Shown: in pieces, positions 21,843-26,792 of the stretch
How positions within the stretch are numbered: position 1 is the first letter of the stretch
Layout of the letters: every line of letters begins with the position of its first letter
DNA from: Macrostomum lignano
Lineage: Eukaryota
Assembly (NCBI GenBank): GCA_002269645.1
Contig: NIVC01001318.1
Location: forward strand, 1 to 26,792
DNA length: 26,792 nucleotides
Reading direction: 5' to 3'
Program-made: the position numbers and the translations under genes
Notes under the pieces: generated by a model
The model's input: the letters and a program-made list of their open reading frames with translations, nothing else
The model's database searches: none
What the model was told of the DNA's origin: nothing

Positions 21843-22367
21843 TAATTCTCCAAGGTCATTCAGATCTGGAAATTCCCAACCACTTTCTCCAAGGTCATTT
21901 AGATCTGGAAACTCCCAACCACTATTTCCCCAAGGTCATTCAGATCTGGGAATTCCAACCACTTTCTCCAATGTCATTTAGATCTGGAAACTCCCAACCA
22001 CTATTTCCCCAAGGTCATTCAGATCTGGAAATTCCCACCTACTATTTCCCCAAGGTCATTCAGATCTAGAAATCGATCCCAACCACTATTTCTCCCAGGT
22101 CATTCAGATTTGGGAATTCCCATCCACTATTTCTACAATGTCATTCGGACCTGGAAATTCCCAACCACATTTTCTCCGAGGTCATTAAAATCTGGGAATT
22201 CCAAACCACTTTTTCTCCAAGGTCATTCAGATTTGGGAATTCCCATCCACTATTTCTCCAAGGTCATTCAGATCTGGGAATTCCCAACCACTGTTTTTCC
22301 AAAGTCATTCAGATCTGGAAACTCCCATCCACTATTTCCCCAAGGTCATTCAGATAATCAGATCTAG
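21843..22367 (+). repeat. ~41-bp minisatellite (AGATCTGGAAATTCCCAACCACTATTTCTCCAAGGTCATTC), ~13 copies
   Basis: Tandem variants visible. Confidence 0.95.
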
Positions 22368-22805
22368 AAAAGTAGAAAAGCCCAATTAACTCAGAAGCAA
22401 TAGCGAGGACATTCAAAGCTCAACAGAAATGCGCGTATATCCAAACTCGGCAGTAAATCAAAGACAGATTTTCATTTAACCGTCGCAATTTCGCTTGCAT
22501 AGTTTGACAGTATGCTAATTTTGGTCATTTTTCTTTCGAACTTATCGATCGATTGCATTATAATGATTCCATAAAGGGCACCTGGCACCTGAGTTTCGCT
22601 TTACCGAAAGCGCTCGAGATATTTCTGCTCCTTGGTAATTTAATTTGTTCTGGTTGCCTGCGCAATATGCTAAACAGTGGACATTTCTCTGGGTCTGACC
22701 TCACCGAATCGAGTCCACTTCTGCGTGGTGTATTTAATCTGACTTGGTCGGCACATTGTGTCGTATATTTCTACGAATTGAAAGCCAATTCGAAAAAACT
22801 TCATC

Positions 22806-22883
22806 ATGGGCGCTAAGGAGGGCAGCAGCTACAGGCAGGATGTTGTCGCTGTGAAGTCAAGATGTTGGAGAGCTTTGACTTGG
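22806..22883 (+). CDS. Probable first coding exon of the SLC6 gene (MGAKEGSSYRQDVVAVKSRCWRALTW)
   Basis: catcATGG start, open frame to a strong |GTAAGT donor at 22884, phase 0 matching the acceptor at 23925. No homology support; an alternative start at 22862 is possible. Confidence 0.5.
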
Positions 22884-22931
22884 GTAAGTCCGTGTGGAAA
22901 TGCAGATGTATAGTCATGATTGCCTTATCAG

Positions 22932-23850
22932 CTAACCCATCAGAAACATCGCCCTCCACAACAAACCCATCAGAAAAATCGCCTCCCTCAATAAACCCAT
23001 CAGAAACATCGCCCCCCCCTCAACAAACCCATCAGAAACATCGCCCCCCTCAACAAACCCATCAGAAACATCGCCCCCCTCAACAAACCCATCAGAAACA
23101 TCGCCCCCCACAACAAACCATCAGAAACATCGCCCCCCCCTCAACAAACCCATCAGAAACATCGCCCCCCCCTCAACAAACCCATCAGAAACATCGCCCC
23201 CTCAACAAACCCATCAGAAACATCGCCCCCCTCAACAAACCCATCAGAAACATCGCCCCCCACAACAAACCCATCAGAAAAATCGCCCCCCTCAACAAAC
23301 CCGTCAGAAACATCGCCTCCCTCAATAAACCCATCAGAAACATCGCCCCCCACAACAAAACCATCAGAAAAATCGCCCCCCACAACAAAACCATCAGAAA
23401 AATCGCCCCCTCAACAAACCCATCAGAAACATCGCCCCCTCAACAAACCCGTCAGAAACATCGCCTCCCTCAATAAACCCATCAGAAACATCGCCCCCCA
23501 CAACAAACCCATCAGAAAAATCTCCCCCCCTCCACAACAAACCCATGAGAAAAATCGCCCCCCCTCCACAACAAACCCATGAGAAAAATCGCCCCCCAAC
23601 AACAAACGCATCAGAAACATCACCCCCCTCAACAAACCTGTCAGAAAAATCGCCCCTAACAAACCCATCAGAAACATCGCCTTCCTCAACAAACCCGTGA
23701 GAAAAATCGCCCCCTAACAAACCCATCAAAAATTTCCCTCGACAAACCCATCAGAAAAATCACGCCCCCCCGAACAAACCCATCAGAACCCCCCCCCTCA
23801 CAAACGCATCAGAAAATGCCCGACAATACAAACCCATAAAAAATCGCTCC
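22932..23850 (+). repeat. ~27-29-bp minisatellite (ACAAACCCATCAGAAACATCGCCCCCC), ~30 copies, SLC6 intron
   Basis: Tandem variants visible, degenerating towards the 3' end. Confidence 0.96.
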
Positions 23851-23925
23851 CACAAAAATCCTCCGGAGAAATCGCCACTTTTCTTAAATCTCACCGAAAA
23901 AGAACATTTATCGAATGTCGCACAG

Positions 23926-24103
23926 CTCCGTGGCACTCTCCTGGGCAGCAACCAGTTAGCAAACGACGGCCATGTTGATGACGAAAATCAGGAAAGAGGC
24001 AATTGGAGCGGGAGGCTGGACTTCTTTCTCAGCTGTCTGGGCTATGCTGTTGGCCTGGGCAATGTCTGGCGGTTTCCCTACCTGTGCTACAAGAATGGCG
24101 GCG
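23926..24103 (+). CDS. SLC6 sodium:neurotransmitter/amino-acid symporter, TM1 exon
   Basis: [41 protein letters not shown] is the SLC6 signature; donor G|GTGAGA. Not in the ORF track. The motifs look closest to the amino-acid (glycine/proline) transporter branch. Confidence 0.95.
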
Positions 24104-24229
24104 GTGAGAATCAGCTGACTTTTGAAAATCGGTTAAAAAAATTCGCACCTTTTGTGATGCGTGCCTTCGAAGTTACCTGTTATTTCGCTAGTGTAATCTA
24201 AAATAGAACCATTTAGGAATTTGGGTATC

Positions 24230-24823
24230 AATTTTAGCGCCATTTGGTAGCTATTTTAGCGCCATATGAATAGATTTTTAGCGCCATTTGGTACCCATTT
24301 TAGCTCCATTTTGGTAGCTATTTTAGCGCCATTTGAATAGATTTTTAGCGCCATTTGGGTAGCTATTTTAGCGCCATTTGAATAGATTTTTAGCGCCATT
24401 TGGGTAGCTATTTTAGCGCCATTTGAATAGATTTTTAGCGCCATTCGGGTAGCTATTTTAGCGCCATTTGGGTACCCATTTTAGCGCCATTCGGGTAGCT
24501 ATTTTAGCGCCATTCGGGTACCCATTTTAGCGCCATTCGGGTAGCTATTTTAGCGCCATTCGGGTACCCATTTTAGCGCCATTCGGGTAGCTATTTTAGC
24601 GCCATTTGGGTACCCATTTTAGCGTCATTCAGGTAGCTATTTTAGCGCCATTTGGGTAGCTATTTTAGCGCCATTCGGGTAGCTATTTTAGCGCCATTCG
24701 GGTAGCTATTTTAGCGTCATTCGGGTACCCATTTTAGCGCCATTCGGGTACCCATTTTAGCGCCATTCGGGTACCCATTTTAGCGCCATTCGGGTACCCA
24801 TTTTAGCGCCATATGGGTACCCA
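24230..24823 (+). repeat. ~22-23-bp minisatellite (TTTTAGCGCCATTCGGGTAGCTA / ...GGGTACCCA), ~25 copies, SLC6 intron
   Basis: Tandem variants visible. Confidence 0.96.
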
Positions 24824-24937
24824 GTTTATCGACCTCTTACCAGAACAAAAACCCATTCTATTAGAGTTGAAAAGCTTACCCATGTTATCCATATGATAAA
24901 AAGTTTATATCCGTCGATATGTATAAAACATTTCCAG

Positions 24938-25069
24938 GCGCGTTTTTCATACCCTACTGCATCTTTCTGTTCCTGTGCGGCATGCCCGTCTTCTGCATGG
25001 AGCTGGCGATTGGGCAATTTAGCAGCTCCGGACCTCTCACCTGCTGGGAGTGCGCACCTCTGTTTCGCG
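24938..25069 (+). CDS. SLC6 transporter, TM2 exon
   Basis: tttccag|GC GCG TTT...: [44 protein letters not shown]; donor G|GTGAGT. Confidence 0.96.
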
Positions 25070-25107
25070 GTGAGTCATGCTCGGAAATTAGTTTGGGAGG
25101 TTCCGGA

Positions 25108-25990
25108 TTTTCCATAGAATCTATCAATCGGGGATGTCCCATAGAATCTATCGATTGATTTCCCATAGAATGTATCAATCGAGATATCCCATAGAATCTA
25201 TCGATCGAGGATTTCCTATAGAATCTATTGATTGATTTCCCATAGAATCTATCGATCGAGGATTTCCTATAGAATCTATCGATCGGGGATTGCCCATAGA
25301 ATCTATTAATCGGGGTTTGCCATAGAATCTATCGATTGAGATTTCCCATAGAATCCATGGATCGGGGATTTCCCATAAAATCTATCGATAGATTTCCCAT
25401 AGAATCTATCAATCGATGATTTCCCATAGAATCCATGGATCGGGGATTTCCCATAGAATCTATCGATCGGGGGATTTCTCATAAAATCTATCGATTGATT
25501 TCCCATAGAATCTATCAATCGATGATTTCCATAGAATCCATGGATCGGGGATTTCCTATAGAATCTATCGATTGGGGATTTCCCATAGAATCTATTAATC
25601 GGGGTTTGCCATGGAATCTATCAATCGATGATTTCCCATAGAATCCATGGATCGGAGATTTCCCATAGAATCTATCAATCGATGATTTTCTCATAGAATC
25701 CATGGATCGGGGATTTCCCATAGAATCTATTGATCGGGGATTTCCCATAAAATCTATCGATGATTTCCCATAGAATCTATCAATCGATGATTTCTCATAG
25801 AATCCATGGATCGGGGATTTCCCATAGAATCTATTGATCGGGATTTCCCATAAAATCTATCGATGATTTCCATAGAATCTATCAATCGATGATTTCCCAT
25901 AGAATCTATGGATCGGGGATTTCCCATAGAATCTATCGATCGGGGATTTCCCATAGAATCTATTAATCGGGGTTTCTAAAAAATCTATCG
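25108..25990 (+). repeat. ~22-26-bp minisatellite (GATTTCCCATAGAATCTATCGATCGG) with mixed variants, SLC6 intron
   Basis: Tandem variants visible, roughly 35 units. Confidence 0.96.
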
Positions 25991-26068
25991 ATGGAATTTT
26001 CCGTAGAATTACAGATTTTCGGGAAAGTCAATATTTAATATCCAAGCGCGCAATCCATAACAAAACAG

Positions 26069-26210
26069 GTATTGGAGTTGGGATGGTGCTGGTGTCGAGT
26101 TTAGCGGCTATCTACTACAACATCATCATCAGTTGGTCACTATGGTATCTGTTTGCTTCGTTTAGCAATCCGCTGCCCTGGGCGCGAGTGCGGCAGCTGG
26201 AGCACCCCTC
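26069..26210 (+). CDS. SLC6 transporter, TM3 exon (apparent 1-nt insertion at ~26185)
   Basis: aaaacag|GT ATT...: GIGVGMVLVSSLAAIYYNIIISWSLWYLFASFSNPLPWA, then ECGSWSTP after removing one base; donor C|GTGAGC. Confidence 0.93.
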
Positions 26211-26250
26211 GTGAGCACTGACTTTCGATTGAAACTATTGCTCTGAAGAA

Positions 26251-26650
26251 ATTCCAGCTTCATCTATGGATTCCAGCTTCATCTATGGATTCTAGATTCA
26301 TCTGTGGATTCCAGCTTCATCTTTGGATTCCAGCTTCATCTATGGATTCCAGCTTTATCTATGGATTCCAGCTTCATCTATGGATTCCAGCTTCATCTGT
26401 GGATTCCAGCTTCATCTGTGGATTCCAGCTTCATCTATGGATTCGAGCTTCATCTATGGATTCCAGCTTCATCTGTGGATTCCAGCTTCATCTGTGGATT
26501 CCAGCTTCATCTGTAGATTCCAGCTACATCTATGGATTCGAGCTTCATCTGTGGATTCCAGCTTCATCTATGATTCCAGCTTCATCTATGTATTCCAGCT
26601 TCATCTGTGGATTCCAGCTTCATCTATCCATGATTTTCCAGCTTCATCTA
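26251..26650 (+). repeat. 21-bp minisatellite (TGGATTCCAGCTTCATCTA/GTG), ~18 copies, SLC6 intron
   Basis: Tandem variants visible. Confidence 0.96.
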
Positions 26651-26751
26651 TATTTAATTTCAAGCTTTATCTATGCATGATTTTCCAGCTTCTTTATCCA
26701 TGGAATCTTACTGAGAGTAAATAAATCCGTATTCTTACAAAATTAATCTAG

Positions 26752-26792
26752 TCTGCAGCGGGAGGCTGCATCCGGTGACAGAGAACTGCAAT
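26752..26792 (+). CDS. SLC6 transporter, start of the extracellular-loop-2 exon (truncated by the window end)
   Basis: aatctag| acceptor; phase 1 gives WSTP-L-CSGRLHPVTENCN, supplying the second conserved EL2 cysteine. Confidence 0.7.

Overview
Eukaryotic (metazoan) genomic DNA. The dense minisatellites and low-complexity, GC-rich exons suggest an invertebrate, possibly a Macrostomum-like flatworm (inference only). The first 7.9 kb is not an anonymous satellite but a tandem array of box C/D snoRNA U18 (SNORD18) genes. Two diverged copies are followed by 50 apparently identical copies in a 154-bp period, ending about 90 bp upstream of the RPL21 coding exons on the same strand. Downstream on the + strand lie: RPL21 (2 coding exons, 160 aa); an unidentified, probably nuclear protein gene (2 exons found, then interrupted or lost); a complete 3,666-bp hAT DNA transposon (13-bp TIRs, perfect 8-bp TSD, ~790-aa transposase) carrying a nested 208-bp hAT-type MITE; a TMEM209 homologue (5 exons found, first exon not found); and the 5' part of an SLC6 sodium:neurotransmitter/amino-acid symporter gene. 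Most of the longer introns are filled with their own distinct tandem repeat. Several single-base frameshifts in otherwise conserved coding sequence look like uncorrected long-read errors. All homology calls are from recognition of motifs; no database search was run.
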